Below are positions 36,193 through 48,400 of a stretch of DNA of 64,000 nucleotides, piece after piece. Every line of letters starts with the position of its first letter. Within the stretch, counting starts at the first letter, position 1. This DNA is from an uncultured Rickettsiales bacterium (GTDB lineage Bacteria; Myxococcota_A; UBA796; UBA9615; CAYRNR01): positions 14,612-78,611 of the forward strand of contig CAZLEO010000002.1 of NCBI GenBank assembly GCA_964558555.1, given 5' to 3'. The position numbers were made by a program, and so were the translations under genes. A model generated the notes under the pieces. It had not been told where the DNA came from and ran no database searches. It saw only the letters and a program-made list of their open reading frames with translations.

Positions 36193-38043
36193 ATGAAAAA
36201 CTGGTGGCTTTTTTGTGGGCTGATCTGTTCTCTGGGCCTGGTCGCGAGCGGCTGTGACGGTGGTGACGGCAGTGACGACGACGACGACGTCGGCGCAGAT
36301 GACGACGATGACGACACGAGCGACCCGGGAGACCCCGAGGACCTCGACCGCGTCGCCCTGAACCACTACACCGTGATGCTGGTCGGCCAGGGGGACAGCG
36401 AACAGATCGTACCCACGGCCTACGACTCGGAGGACCGGATCATCGACACCGAGTTCACGTTCGAGTCGCTGAGCCCGGGGGTGATCGACGTCTCGGCGGA
36501 CGGCGTGGTCACGGCATCGGCCGAGCTGGGATCGGCCGTGATCCTCGTGTACGTGGACGGCGAGCCGTGGAACTTCGCCTACTTCTTCGCCGCGCACCCG
36601 AAGGAGGGGGCGCTGGTCTACACCGAGGAGCAGGTCGTGGGTGACGTGGAGTGGCACGTGGACGGCTTCACCTCGCTGGTGGGGATAGAGCACACGGTGA
36701 CGCTCTCGGGCATCGAACCGCCTGCCGTGGGGACCGCCGTGCTGCCACGACACGGCGACTGGGCGGCCGGCCTCGTGGTGTCCACCGAGGCCGTGGGGGA
36801 CGACACGGCCGTCACGCTCGCGACCGCGCCCCTGACGGCGCTGTTCGAGGACCTGCAGCTGGAACACCGATACGACATCGACACCATCACGGAGACCTTC
36901 GACTCCGGGCGGGAGTACGACTTCGAGGCCGGCGAGTTCGAGTGCACCGCAGACTCGGAGATCTGGCTGGATCCGCCCGAGTACACCGGCGAGTTCACGG
37001 CCACGCTGTACGTGGGGCTCACCTACGTCATCTCGTCGGGTGAGCTCACCGCGGCCGAGCTGCTCGCGGGCGGGGACATCGCGCTGACCCTGGACACGTA
37101 CCTCATCTTGCCGTCCGGCTGGCTGGGTACGGTCCGGTGTGACAAGGCGTTCACGCCCCTGACCACCAAGACCCTCCCCGGCGGTCCGCTCACGAAGTAC
37201 ATCGAACCCGACATCCCCTGGGGCGCCGGCTTCGAGCTGGTCGGAACCCTGGGCGGCACCGACGCTCAGGTGGGCGTGATGGCCGACGTGGAGATCGCCC
37301 TGGAGATCGGCCTGGCCTACGACCCGGAGGAGGGGCTGACGATCATCGATCAGTTCGAGGCCGAGGAGACCATCGAGCCCTACATGACGTTCCCGACCCC
37401 CGAGGACAACCTGTACGCCGAGTTCAGCGCCCATGCGTTCACCACCGCGGGCCTGGGCATGGTGCTCGAGGACCTGCCGTTCCTCGAGAACGACGTTCGC
37501 CTGGACATCGCGCGGGCCCGGTTCGGACCCAAGGTGAGCGGCGAGGTGGCCACCCCCCTGGGGCAGGTGCTGCTCGACGACTACCGCTCCCACTACGACA
37601 TGGGGCTGGCCTGGGACTTCGAGGGTTGTGCCGCGGCTCAGCCGTTCCTGGCCAGCATGGGCATCGACACCGCCGTGGACCTGTCGTCGCTGGGAGAGAC
37701 GCCCCTGTTCCACTCCCCGTCCGGCACCGTGACCGCGGACGCGACCACGGTGGCCGTGAACGAGCCCGTGACGGCGACGATCGCCCTCGAGGATCTGTTC
37801 TTCTATCCGTCCACCTACAACCTCACCTCCCTGGACATCTACAAGTACGACGGCGTCGAGGTCGAGCTGGTCGACTCGTACGAGCCCGTCGACCCCGAGG
37901 ACACGTTCGACTGGGTCTGGACACCCGACGCCGAGGACGTCGGTACGCACACGTTCTACGCGTTCACCCAGACCGATCTCGTCCCCCTCGTCCCCTTCGA
38001 GGTGTCCGAGGACGCCTCCTTCGTCGTGGAGGTCACGCCCTGA
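36193..38043 (+). CDS. Hypothetical secreted lipoprotein with poly-Asp linker
   Basis: Signal plus lipobox LVASGC, followed by DGGDGSDDDDDVGADDDDDDTSD. RBS GGAGAGGGG before ATG 36193. An alternative TTG start lies at 36157. Confidence 0.6.
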   Translation: MKNWWLFCGLICSLGLVASGCDGGDGSDDDDDVGADDDDDDTSDPGDPEDLDRVALNHYTVMLVGQGDSEQIVPTAYDSEDRIIDTEFTFESLSPGVIDVSADGVVTASAELGSAVILVYVDGEPWNFAYFFAAHPKEGALVYTEEQVVGDVEWHVDGFTSLVGIEHTVTLSGIEPPAVGTAVLPRHGDWAAGLVVSTEAVGDDTAVTLATAPLTALFEDLQLEHRYDIDTITETFDSGREYDFEAGEFECTADSEIWLDPPEYTGEFTATLYVGLTYVISSGELTAAELLAGGDIALTLDTYLILPSGWLGTVRCDKAFTPLTTKTLPGGPLTKYIEPDIPWGAGFELVGTLGGTDAQVGVMADVEIALEIGLAYDPEEGLTIIDQFEAEETIEPYMTFPTPEDNLYAEFSAHAFTTAGLGMVLEDLPFLENDVRLDIARARFGPKVSGEVATPLGQVLLDDYRSHYDMGLAWDFEGCAAAQPFLASMGIDTAVDLSSLGETPLFHSPSGTVTADATTVAVNEPVTATIALEDLFFYPSTYNLTSLDIYKYDGVEVELVDSYEPVDPEDTFDWVWTPDAEDVGTHTFYAFTQTDLVPLVPFEVSEDASFVVEVTP

Positions 38044-38084
38044 CCCCTCGGTGATCTCGGACGCGGTGGTATTCTCGTCGCTGC

Positions 38085-38684
38085 ATGACCCCGCCCGCTC
38101 CACCCCTGCGCGATCTCCTGCTTTCCCTTTTCCGTCACATCTGGTGGCCGGCGCTGCTGTTCCCCGTTCTCGCGGTCGGCGCATCGATCGGCGTCCTGCT
38201 GGGCTCGTTCTGGCTCACGCCCCTGTGGCCCAACAAGGCCGGCGCGGAGCTGGCGGCGCTGGCGTTCACGCCGCTGATCCCGCTGACGGCCGGCGTCCGA
38301 TACGCGCTGCATCGGCGGCCGTTCTTGCTGTGGCTCGCCGTCCTGGGCGCCCTGATCGTCTGGCGCGAGATCCACCTGGACTTCGCCGGCGCGGACACGC
38401 TGACGCTGTCCGCGGTGGTCGGGATGGGTGTGCTGGTCTGTCGTCGGTACGCGTGGTTCGAACAGGAGTTGCGGAGCCGCGTCACCGTGACGCTGCTGGC
38501 CACGGCGGCCTGGACCTACGCGCTGACCCAGTTCCTCGATTCGGGGGCGCTGGCATGGGTCCCTGGAGAGGATCTGTTCGAGACGCGGACCGGGGAGACC
38601 GTCGAGCTGCTGGGTCACGCGCTGGTGCTGGCCGCGGTCGTCTCCGTCCGTCGTGCGGCGAGTCCACGCACGATCACCGAGTAG
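38085..38684 (+). CDS. Hypothetical integral membrane protein
   Basis: Four or five hydrophobic helices with GC3-rich coding. The 3' end overlaps the convergent gene by 70 nt. Confidence 0.5.
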   Translation: MTPPAPPLRDLLLSLFRHIWWPALLFPVLAVGASIGVLLGSFWLTPLWPNKAGAELAALAFTPLIPLTAGVRYALHRRPFLLWLAVLGALIVWREIHLDFAGADTLTLSAVVGMGVLVCRRYAWFEQELRSRVTVTLLATAAWTYALTQFLDSGALAWVPGEDLFETRTGETVELLGHALVLAAVVSVRRAASPRTITE

Positions 38685-39286
38685 AGGATCGTCCACGACG
38701 CCACGAGCTCCCACCCCTCCTCGCGGTAGTTGCCGGACAGGGCCGTGATGTCGGGGCACGGCAGCAGCGCGTACGCGAACCGCGCGCTCACCATGTACAC
38801 GGCGAACACGGCGCCCACGGCGCGGGGCGGAAGCAGCGGCCCGAGTACCGCGTGACGCCGCAGCGGGCCGATCCACGGCAGGACCACGAAGTAGAGGAAG
38901 AACGATCCGCGGAAGACCAGCATCAGGTCGAATCCGAACGCCGTGCGGTTGTGGAAGTTGCTGTCCCCGTGGGCGTTGAACAGCCGCATCCATCCGGGGA
39001 CCTCGTAGTGCAGGTACTCCCGCAGCCAGCTCGTCTCCTCCATGGCGAACACGAAGCAGCACACGGCCCACAAGACGAAGAACCCACCCCGCCGGACGAA
39101 GGCCAGGGCGAACCCCGCTCCCACCAGGGCCGACGCCAGGGTCAGCACCTCGACGGGGCCTTCCTTGCGCAGCACCACCAGCAGGTCGTCGGGAGCCAGC
39201 AGCTGCGCCGCGATCTGGCCGGCGAGGAGGGCGCCGACGGCGTAGGCGAGGATCGTCCAGGGGTGTCGCTTCACCACGCCGGGCAT
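38615..39286 (-). CDS. Hypothetical integral membrane protein
   Basis: Start MPGVVKRHPW. Multiple TM helices. No recognised domain. Confidence 0.5.
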   Translation of the reverse strand: MPGVVKRHPWTILAYAVGALLAGQIAAQLLAPDDLLVVLRKEGPVEVLTLASALVGAGFALAFVRRGGFFVLWAVCCFVFAMEETSWLREYLHYEVPGWMRLFNAHGDSNFHNRTAFGFDLMLVFRGSFFLYFVVLPWIGPLRRHAVLGPLLPPRAVGAVFAVYMVSARFAYALLPCPDITALSGNYREEGWELVASWTILYSVIVRGLAARRTETTAASTSA

Positions 39287-39300
39287 TGTGTCACAGCGTG

Positions 39301-39852
39301 TCAGGGATCGAGCAGCTCCAGGGCCTTGCCCGCGTACTCCCGGATCCAGGCGTCGTCCGAGTCCAGGGACAGCTGCAACTTCGCCGCCACCCCGTCGAAC
39401 GCCTCCGGATACACGCCGGCCAGCCGCCACACCGCCCAGTGCGCCCCGCGCTCGAACGGCTCCTCGGTGAGGTACTGGGGCAGCATGCGCGCGTACTCGT
39501 CGACCAGCTCGGGCACGTTGACGAGGATCTCGGCCATGATCTCCGGGGCCACCCGCAGCAGCGCGCCGGACTCGTCGTTCATCCACCACATGAGCTTGCG
39601 GATGGTGTCCTTGACGCTCTCGAGGTCGTCTTCGGCCATCACACCAGCGACGCGGCCGCACGCCTCGATGGCCTGCCAGCGGATCGACTCCTCGCGGTCG
39701 TGCACGAATAGCAGCAGGTGTCGGAACGTCCGCTTGGTGCCCGCGTCTCGCGCGTGTCTCACGACGCCGTCGATGTCTCGGCGGGACAGCATCTCGCGGA
39801 TCGCCTTCTTGCCGTTGCGGCGGGCCTGTACTCGATTGCCGATCATGCGCAT
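39301..39852 (-). CDS. HEAT-repeat-like helical protein of unknown function
   Basis: Start MRMIGNR with RBS GGAGGAG. Helical repeats LLLFVHDREESIRWQAIEACG. The family assignment is tentative. Confidence 0.45.
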   Translation of the reverse strand: MRMIGNRVQARRNGKKAIREMLSRRDIDGVVRHARDAGTKRTFRHLLLFVHDREESIRWQAIEACGRVAGVMAEDDLESVKDTIRKLMWWMNDESGALLRVAPEIMAEILVNVPELVDEYARMLPQYLTEEPFERGAHWAVWRLAGVYPEAFDGVAAKLQLSLDSDDAWIREYAGKALELLDP

Positions 39853-39959
39853 GACTCCTCCGGGTGTTCCGGTGGGAGGAAGCTGCAATCGCTGTGCCAT
39901 CGAAGATCTGCTGCGTTGGGGCGGCGGATGCGGTACATCTCCGTCGAAGAGGAGGGCAC

Positions 39960-41180
39960 ATGCGTCACGTCTGGATCGTCGCCTCGTTGTTCCTGCTGGT
40001 TCCGGGATGCCCGGAGGACGTGGACACCACGCCCGAGCCCGAGGAGCCGCCGGCATTCCGCCACGCCGAGTTCTACGAGGACGTCCAGACCTGGGCCGAG
40101 ACCCTGACCCGCATCGACGGCGACTGGAAGGAGGACTGGGGGGACGGGGCGTTCTTCGGCCTGGGATTCTACGCCCGGGAGGGGACGAGCTCGTCGAGCG
40201 AGGAGTACCTCGCCATCGCCGACGAACTGATGGCGCGCAACCTCGCTCTGATCGAGGGCGAGAACCTGATCACCGGCGACGTCAACGAGATCGCCATGTG
40301 CCTGCTGGGGCTGATCGAGTACGTCTCGGCCACGGGTGACTCATCGGCGCTGGCGACCATCGACGAGATGATCGCCGTGCTCAACGACCTGCTGGAGGCG
40401 GTGGACGGGTACTTCCCGCCCGAGGCCGTGGACAGCTTCGCCATGGACTTCTACGGCCCCACCTCCATCAACGGCCTGCTCGCGCTGATCAGCCTGCAGC
40501 GCGCCTACCTGCTCGCCGGCGACGACGATCTCGTCGACGTGGCAGCCCAGGTCGTCGACGCCATCGACGCCCGCGCCTGGAACGGCACCTACTACGACTT
40601 CAGCGACACCCGCGACGGGCTGTACCTCTACCCCAACGTCACGATGATCCTGGTGCAGGTGCGGCTGTTCCAGCTCACCGGCGACGCCGCCCACCTGGAC
40701 CGCGCCCTGGCCGTCCACGCCGGCATCCAGCCCCTGCGCGTGGCCGAGGACAGCGGCCTGGCCGGCCCAGGCCGCTACCGATCCCCCTACAGCGCTGACA
40801 TCGAGGGCGCCCAGACCGACGACTACACCACCCTGTCGAGCCAGAACTACCTGATGATGGCGCTGATGCTGCTGTACGAGGTCACCGGCGAGGCCGCCTA
40901 CCTCGTCGAGGTGGACGACGTCCTGGACTTCCTCGAGACTTACATGGTCGGCGAGTGGTGTCTGTCCCACTTCCACACCGATGACTGCGCCTCTCCCTGC
41001 GACGACGGCGACGTCTGCATCGAGGAGGCCTGCTTCGAGGACACCTGCCAGCGAGGGGTCCTCCACCACTGGATCGACGGCCGCGTGGCCGTGCCCGAGG
41101 ACACGGTGCTGATCTGTTCGGGGTGTAATCTGCAGCTGCTGTACGTGATGTGGTATCGGCAGAACCTCGTCGCTGCGTGA
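39960..41180 (+). CDS. Hypothetical lipoprotein, possibly an alpha/alpha-barrel glycosidase-like fold
   Basis: Signal plus lipobox LLVPGC. RBS GGAGGG. Cys-rich C-terminus. No firm family call. Confidence 0.5.
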   Translation: MRHVWIVASLFLLVPGCPEDVDTTPEPEEPPAFRHAEFYEDVQTWAETLTRIDGDWKEDWGDGAFFGLGFYAREGTSSSSEEYLAIADELMARNLALIEGENLITGDVNEIAMCLLGLIEYVSATGDSSALATIDEMIAVLNDLLEAVDGYFPPEAVDSFAMDFYGPTSINGLLALISLQRAYLLAGDDDLVDVAAQVVDAIDARAWNGTYYDFSDTRDGLYLYPNVTMILVQVRLFQLTGDAAHLDRALAVHAGIQPLRVAEDSGLAGPGRYRSPYSADIEGAQTDDYTTLSSQNYLMMALMLLYEVTGEAAYLVEVDDVLDFLETYMVGEWCLSHFHTDDCASPCDDGDVCIEEACFEDTCQRGVLHHWIDGRVAVPEDTVLICSGCNLQLLYVMWYRQNLVAA

Positions 41181-41276
41181 CGTGGGTGTCCACCGTGGGA
41201 ATCCACGACCTCACCGACGATCCCCTCACGAGCCTGCAGGCGTCGAAAACCTCCGGACCACCGTGACACCACTGGT

Positions 41277-42416
41277 ATGCTCGCCGAGGAGGGACCCGTG
41301 CGCACTTCTCTGTTCGTCGCCCTGACCGCGGTCGTCGGCTTGCTCGTCGGCTGTGGGGACGAGGCGGCGGACGACTACGCGCCGGACGACGACGCGGTGG
41401 GCGACGACGACGTGGCTTCGGACGACGACGTTGCTGCGGTGCCCGTCGAGATCACCGAGACCTACCCCGTCGCCGGGGCCACCGACGTCTATCACCGCAA
41501 CGACCTCATCGTGTGGTTCGACGGGATCGCGGATCAGGTCGAGACCACGCTCGTCGACGACGACGGAGATCCCATCGAGGGGGTACTCGCGTTCAACAGC
41601 GAGTCCGCGTCCACGACCGTGGCAACGTTCGATCCCTACGGCGAGAGCGAGAACCAGCACCTCGATCCCAGCACTGCCTACACTGCGACCGTGACCTGGG
41701 TCCATCACGATCCCGTCACCTGGGAGTTCGTCACGAGCGAGGTCGGAGCGCCGGTCACCGACGTGGCCTCGCTGGTCGGGCGTGACTTTCGGCTGGACCT
41801 GGCCTCGGCCCGCTTCACCCAGCCAACCGGGGTGGGCAGCCTGCTGGGGCAGTACCTGGGCGATCTGGATCTGATCGCCCACATCGCGTCCATCGAGGAC
41901 ACGGACATCCAGATCCACGTCGGGAGCGTGGAAGTGGCGGACGGTGCCTACACGCAGGACCTGTGCGATCCCACGCTGGCCATGACCAGCGTGGACGGCG
42001 ATCCCGGTCCTGGGCTCTTCGACAATCCCTACGTGCACTTCGGCCCGGGCGATCTCCACCTGGCCATCGAGGGGTACGAGGCCACGCTGCTCCACGTGGA
42101 GATCGGCGTCAGCTTCACCGCGGACGGTGCCGCCCTCGCCGGTGGGACGCTGGACACGTTCATGGAGGTGGTGGGGGTCGGCTTCCCCGAGGATCCGGGC
42201 GCCGAGTGCGACTTGCTGGAAACGCTCGGGATCGAGTGTGTCGACTGCCCGGATGGGTCGGGGGAGTATTGCCTGCCCGTGTCCGCCTTCGACATGGCCG
42301 GTGAGAGGGTCGATGTCAGCGGAGTCCATCCCGAGACCGGTGAGCCGACGCAAGGATTGGTGGAGGTGACCGAGGAGATGATCACGGCCTGGAGGGCCGA
42401 GGACCTCTGCCCCTGA
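41277..42416 (+). CDS. Hypothetical lipoprotein with poly-Asp linker
   Basis: Signal plus lipobox LLVGCG, followed by DEAADDYAPDDDAVGDDDVASDDDVA. The overlapping minus-strand ORF 41226..43331 is Ser/Arg-rich antisense noise. Confidence 0.55.
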   Translation: MLAEEGPVRTSLFVALTAVVGLLVGCGDEAADDYAPDDDAVGDDDVASDDDVAAVPVEITETYPVAGATDVYHRNDLIVWFDGIADQVETTLVDDDGDPIEGVLAFNSESASTTVATFDPYGESENQHLDPSTAYTATVTWVHHDPVTWEFVTSEVGAPVTDVASLVGRDFRLDLASARFTQPTGVGSLLGQYLGDLDLIAHIASIEDTDIQIHVGSVEVADGAYTQDLCDPTLAMTSVDGDPGPGLFDNPYVHFGPGDLHLAIEGYEATLLHVEIGVSFTADGAALAGGTLDTFMEVVGVGFPEDPGAECDLLETLGIECVDCPDGSGEYCLPVSAFDMAGERVDVSGVHPETGEPTQGLVEVTEEMITAWRAEDLCP

Positions 42417-42438
42417 ACGCCGCGGAGTAGGAGGGGAC

Positions 42439-45400
42439 GTGCGCCGAGCTATCGCCATCGCCCTGCTGGTCCTGGTTCCCGTTGGCGCGCTCGGCCCGGT
42501 CCCGGTCACGGCGGCGCCACCCGAAATACGTGAAGAGACCATCGTGACGCGGGAGGAGGGCGTCTCCCCTGACGAGAAGTACGGGGAGGTCGCGAGCTGG
42601 TACGAACCTCTGGGTGGCCTGGGGATGGTCCTGCGCGAGATCCAGATCGATCCGTCGTCCGAGGCAGGCGCTTCCGCGACCGTCCATCCGCTGTCCGAAG
42701 AACGCGCTCGGGAGCTGCTGCAGCGCGCCGATCCCATCGACACGGGCGAGACGGTGCCGGAGCCGTTCGCCGTGCGGCAGGGGCCCCGTCCGAGATCGCA
42801 AGAGGCGGAGCGGATCGTCCTTGCGGCGGACTCGCACAGGTCCGCGTCCGTCCCGGAAGTCGAGAGAGGAACGGACGTCCTGGAGGTCGTGCGGTACGCG
42901 CCGGAGGGGGACGCGGGCCGGCCGTTCCAGGTCTCGATCGTGTTCTCGCAGCCCATGGTGGCGCTGTCGGCGGTGGAGGGAACGGACGCGGATGGGTTTG
43001 CGCGCATCGAACCCGAGATGCCCGGGCGCTGGCAGTGGCTGGGCAACCGCACGCTGGTCTTCGAGCCCGAAGGTGACTTCACGCCGGCGACGACCTTCGA
43101 CGTGACCGTGCCTGCGGGGACGCGGTCCGCATCCGGGGGCGCGCTCGCCGAGGCGCTGGAGTTCGGGTTCGAGACGGCGCCGATCGGGGTCCTGTACACG
43201 ACCCTCGAGGACGTGCTCCAGCGGCTGCAGCCCGTGGTCTTCGTCGCATTCGACCGCAAGGTGGACCGTGAGCAGATTCTGGCGCAGATGCGGCTGGAGG
43301 GAGGAATCTCTCGTCGGCTACGTCTGCTCACGGACGAGGAGAACGACGAGGTCGGGGATCAGTACGTCGACTGGTTCGACGAGAGATACGGCGCGGGCTC
43401 GTGGCTCGCCGTGAGGCCGGCCGAACCGCTGGAGCCGAATACCGGGTACAGCTTTGTGCTGGGTGACGGCGCTGGGGGAGCGGAGCAAGAACGGTTCGAA
43501 CCCTCCTCGTTCCCGTTCCGTACCTATGGGCCCTTGCGGCTCACCGGGCACGGCTGTGACTCGGGCTGGTCCAGCGATGACCTCACCGAGGAATGCGACG
43601 GTTCCGACCGGTGGGTCGCCGAGTTCGCCAACCCCCTCGAGAGGGACCAGGGGAGCGCCATCTCGGTAACGCCGGCTGACCCCGAGATGACCGTGGAGAC
43701 TGGGTGGAAAGGTGTCGAGGTACGCGGAGTCCGCGAGGCAGGTGTTCGGTACACCGTCACGATCCCCCCCGGCCTGAAGGACGTGCACGGGCAGACGCTG
43801 GGCGAGGCGGTTCAGCTCGAGTTCACGTTCGACTCGGTCCGGGACAGGAGCACGGCCCAGCTGTTCCTGCCTGGCACGGCGATGGTCGTGGCCGATCCCA
43901 CCGCGCCTCCGTGCTACGAGTTCTCCAGCACCGACCTCGAGTCCGTCCGGGTGCGGATCCACCGATCCGACGATCCAGCCGGGGATCTGACCGCGTGGGT
44001 CGAGGACTACCTGGCCACCTACGACCCCGAAGAGCCCGAACACCCCCGCCCGGGCACCCTGGTCAGCGACGAGGTCCACACCCTCGCGGGCGACGAGGGG
44101 GAGCGCGTCGAGACGCGAATCGACCTGCAGCCGTACCTGATCGATGGCCACGGGCAGTTCATCCTCTGGTTCGAGCCCGGCCGCGCGCTCGGCGGCTTCC
44201 ACTTCTCGTCGCGCCGCAGCGTCTGGGTCCAGGTGACCGACATCGGCCTGACAGCCCTCGAGTCGGGCGGGGAGCTCCTGGTCTGGGCCACCGGCCTGAC
44301 CGACGGTGCGCCCCTTCAGGACGTGGACCTGCAGCTGCTCCCGGCCGGCACGAGTCACTCCCGTACTGACGCCGAGGGCCTGGCGCGCCTCGAGATGAGC
44401 ACGAACGCCGAGGACCAGAGGTGGGTGCTGGCGCTCCGGGGTCCCGACAAGGCCCTCCTGGATTCGGGAGATCCGGTCTCTTTGTACGAGTCCGCGAAGA
44501 GCTGGCGCGCGAGCACCTGGGACGGCCGGAGCTACCGCTGGTACATCGACGATCCCCGCGGCCTGTACCGCCCCGGGGAGACCGCCCGCGTCAAGGGCTG
44601 GATCCGCGACGTGGAGCAGAGCGCCGCCGGCTTCGACCCGTGGGCTGCCGCCCCACCTCCGACGCTGGATTGGCGGCTGTACGAACCCAGCTGGCGCGCC
44701 GTCCACGAACCGTATTCCACCGTCGTGATCGCCGAGGGAACCACCGCGGTCGACGAGCTCGGCGGCTTCGACATCGCCGCTGACCTGCCCGATGACGTAT
44801 CCCACGGGTATGCGCACCTGGAGGTCTCGGTTCCGGGCGAACCGGAGACCTCGACTGCGGATCGGCGCCATGCGTTCGAGGTCGAGGAATACCGCAAGCC
44901 CCGGTTCACCGTCGGCATCTCACCGTCGCACGACACCAGCATGGCGGGCGAGGAACTCGTCTTCGACATCCGTACGACGCTGCTCACGGGCGGGGGACTC
45001 GCCGGCGCCGAGCTGTCGGGGTACGTGGACGCCTCGGTGGCATCGTTCCGGCCGCCAGGGCACGACGAGTTTCGGTTCGGTCCCTGGACGCCGTGGTGGT
45101 CCGGGAGCGTCCGGGGAGGCTTCGGCGGCCGGTACTTCTACGACGGGATCGCCGACGGACGGGGCGAGTACCGCCTGGGCGTGGAGTTCGCGTCGTCGAA
45201 TCCGCCGCGTCCGTGGCTGGTCGGCGGGGCCGTGTACGCGCGGGACCAGGCCCGTCAGCGCTGGACGGCGTACAGCGATCCCGTCCTGGTCCACCCGGCG
45301 GAGCTCTATGTCGGCCTGCGCTCGGCGAGCTCTCTCGTCCGCGCTGGCGAGCCCTTCGACGTCGAGGCGCTGGTCGTGGACCTTCGGGGAGAGGTGGTCC

Positions 45401-48400
45401 ATGACGCGGACGTCCGCATGACCCTGGTCCAGCAGAAGGGGTGGTCGGTCGTCGATGGGCACCACGTCATGGAGGAGGCCGATGTCGGCGAGTGCAGCCT
45501 GATCGCCGGCGCGGCGTCCAGGTCCTGCCGTTTCGAGGTCGACGAGGCCGGCCGCTACCGGGTCGTCGCCCGTATCGCCGATGCGGCGAACCGGCCCAAC
45601 CAGACGGACTTGTACCTCTGGATCGCGGAGGCCGACGATGATGGCGGGGGGACCGGCCGGTGGTCCAGGCTGGCCGTGGAGGGCCTCGAGCTGGTCCCGG
45701 GCACCCAGGACGTCCAGCCCGGTGACACGCTCGAGCTGCTGGTGCGATCCCCGGTCTACCCATCGACCGGCCTGCTGACCACGTCGATCCACGGGATCGT
45801 CCTGCGCACCGAGCTGTTCAGAATGGACGGTCCGACGGCGACCCTGCGGATCCCGATCGTCGAGGCTCACGTGCCCCTGGTCCAGATCGGCGTTTTTGTC
45901 GTGGCGGCCGAGGGAGGCGGTTCCGCAGGTGGTCCGGGGCGAGCCGAACCGCGCTGGCCGTCGTCCCGCAAGGCTGCCGTGAACCTCTCCGTCCCGCCCC
46001 TCGACCGCGCCCTGGAGGTGAGCGTCGAGCCGGACGCGGCCGACCTGCAACCGGGCGACGAGACACCCCTGAGGGTCCGGGTGGCCGACAGCTCGGGCGC
46101 TCCCGTCCAGGGTGCCCAGGTGACGCTGGCCGTGGTGGACGAAGCCATCCTGCAGCTCTCCGACCACGAGTGGCTCGATCCCTTGTGGTTCTTCTACGAA
46201 CCCGCGTACGGCCACTGGCTCGACTACCGGCACCAGTTCGTCGGCCCCTACCCGGGCGTCTGGACCGGCCGGGACCTCCGCAACACGGTCCTGCTGGCTA
46301 CCCCGCCCCAAGGCCAGGCCGATGGGCCCGGGAACGCCGAGCAAACTCTCCGGGGAACCGGGCGCCATCCCCGATACCGGCCGTGGGATTGGGTCGCCGG
46401 AGATCCCTTCTCCAACATGAGCCGCGATATCCCTCCCGGCGTTCCGAGACCGATCCCCTCGCGCAAGGACTTCGGCCCCCTCGCCCTGTTCGAACCGGCG
46501 GTCCTCACCGACGCCGACGGCCGCGCCGTCGTGCCCCTGCACGCGCCCGGATCGCTGACCCGCTACCGGATCACCGCCCTGGCCGCCACCCGCGACCAGT
46601 TCGGACTCGCCGAGTCCTCGATCACGGCCCGACGCCCGCTCATGGTCCGGCCCTCGCCGCCGCGATTCCTCAACGTCGGGGACCGCTGCGAGTTGCCGTT
46701 GCTGGTGGAGAATCGCACCGACCTGTCCCTGAACGTGGAGCTGGCCGTACAGGCCCTCAATGCCGATCTCGGGAACGACGACGGGTACTCTTCCGATCCG
46801 GTCGGCCGCGAACTCGTTCTTCCTCCCCGCACCCAGGTCGAGGTCCGCATCCCGGTGGCATCCAGGCTCCCCGGACAGGCCCGGTTCCAGGTGGTGGCTT
46901 CGTCAGACGACTTCACCGACGCCGTCGTCTTCGACGTCCCCGTGTGGACCCCCGCGGCGGCCGAGGAGGTCGCGGTCTACGGAACGCTCGAGGCCGGCGC
47001 GGTCGCCGTCCCGGTGCGCGCCCCGCCCGACGTCTGGACCGAGGCAGGTGGACTGCAGGTCGACCTGTACGCCTCCAGGCTGCAGGGGCTCGCCGATGCC
47101 GGGCACTACCTCGAGCGCTACGTCCCCAGCTGCAGCGAGCAGGTGGCATCGCGGATCCTGGCCCAGCTCGCGCTCGGGGACACGTTCGGCCCGACAGGGG
47201 ATGGCAGCGCGACACAGCGCAGGGATCGCAGGCGCGCAATCGAGGCGGATCTGTTCCTGCTCGAGGGGCGGCAGTCCCACGATGGGGGGTTCTACACGTG
47301 GCACTCCTCCAGGCGCGCCTCACCGTTCGTCAGCGTCCACGTGATCCACGCACTGGTCCTTGCCCGCACGGCTGGATTCCAGATCCGCGACGAGGTGATG
47401 GACGAAGCCGATGTCTACCTCGGCGGCCTCGCCGCGAACCTCGACGAGGGCTACCCCGTGGACGCCGCCCGGTCGATCCGGGCCTACGCCCTGTACGTCC
47501 GCCATCTCATGGGCGATGACGATGTGGACGCTGCACGCACGCTCGTCGCCGAGGCCGACGACGGTCAGCTCCCCCTCGAAGCCCAGGGCTGGCTCCTGCG
47601 CGTGCTGGCCGCGGGCGGGACCGAGGCCGACACGGTCCCGCTGGAGCGCAGCATTGCCGCCAGCGTCACCGAGACCGCTGCCGGCGCCCACTTCGTCACC
47701 TCCTACGGCCCAGGAGATCCCCTGCTCCTGCACTCGGACCATCGCGCCGATGCCGTGATCCTCGCCGCGCTGCTCGAAGTCGGCTCCCACGACGACCTGG
47801 TCGCCAAGCTGGCCCACGAGCTCCTCGCCAACCGTAGCGACGGCCACTGGACCAACACCCTTGAGACCGCCCTCGCCGTCGTGGCCCTCGCCCGGTATGC
47901 CGAGGTCCACGAGAGCCGCCGGCCGCGTGTCGACGCCGAGGTCTGGCTCGGCGACGCGTACGCTGGGCGCCACTCCTTCCGCACGCGCGATGCACCCCCG
48001 TCCCGCATCCACGTTCCCATGGACCACCTCGCCAACCTCGACGGCGGCCGCGACCTCGTGCTCTCACGCAAGGGCCGCGGTCCGCTGTACTACCGTGTCG
48101 GCCTGGACTACGTCCCCCGATCCCCCGACCTCCCCGCCCTCGACCGCGGCTTCGTCCTGCAGCGCCACTACCAGGCCGTGGACGATCCCGACGACGTGTG
48201 GCGCGACGACCAGGGCGCCTGGCACATCCGCGCCGGCGCCCGCGTCGAGGTCGTCGTCACCGTGCAGGTCTCTGACGAGCGCCACCACGTCTCCATCGTC
48301 GACCCCCTCCCCGCCGGCCTGGAGTTCGCCAGCGACACCGTCGCCGGCAACCAGTTCCTCAGCGACTCGGCCGACCTCCACGCCCCCGGCTGGCACGCGT

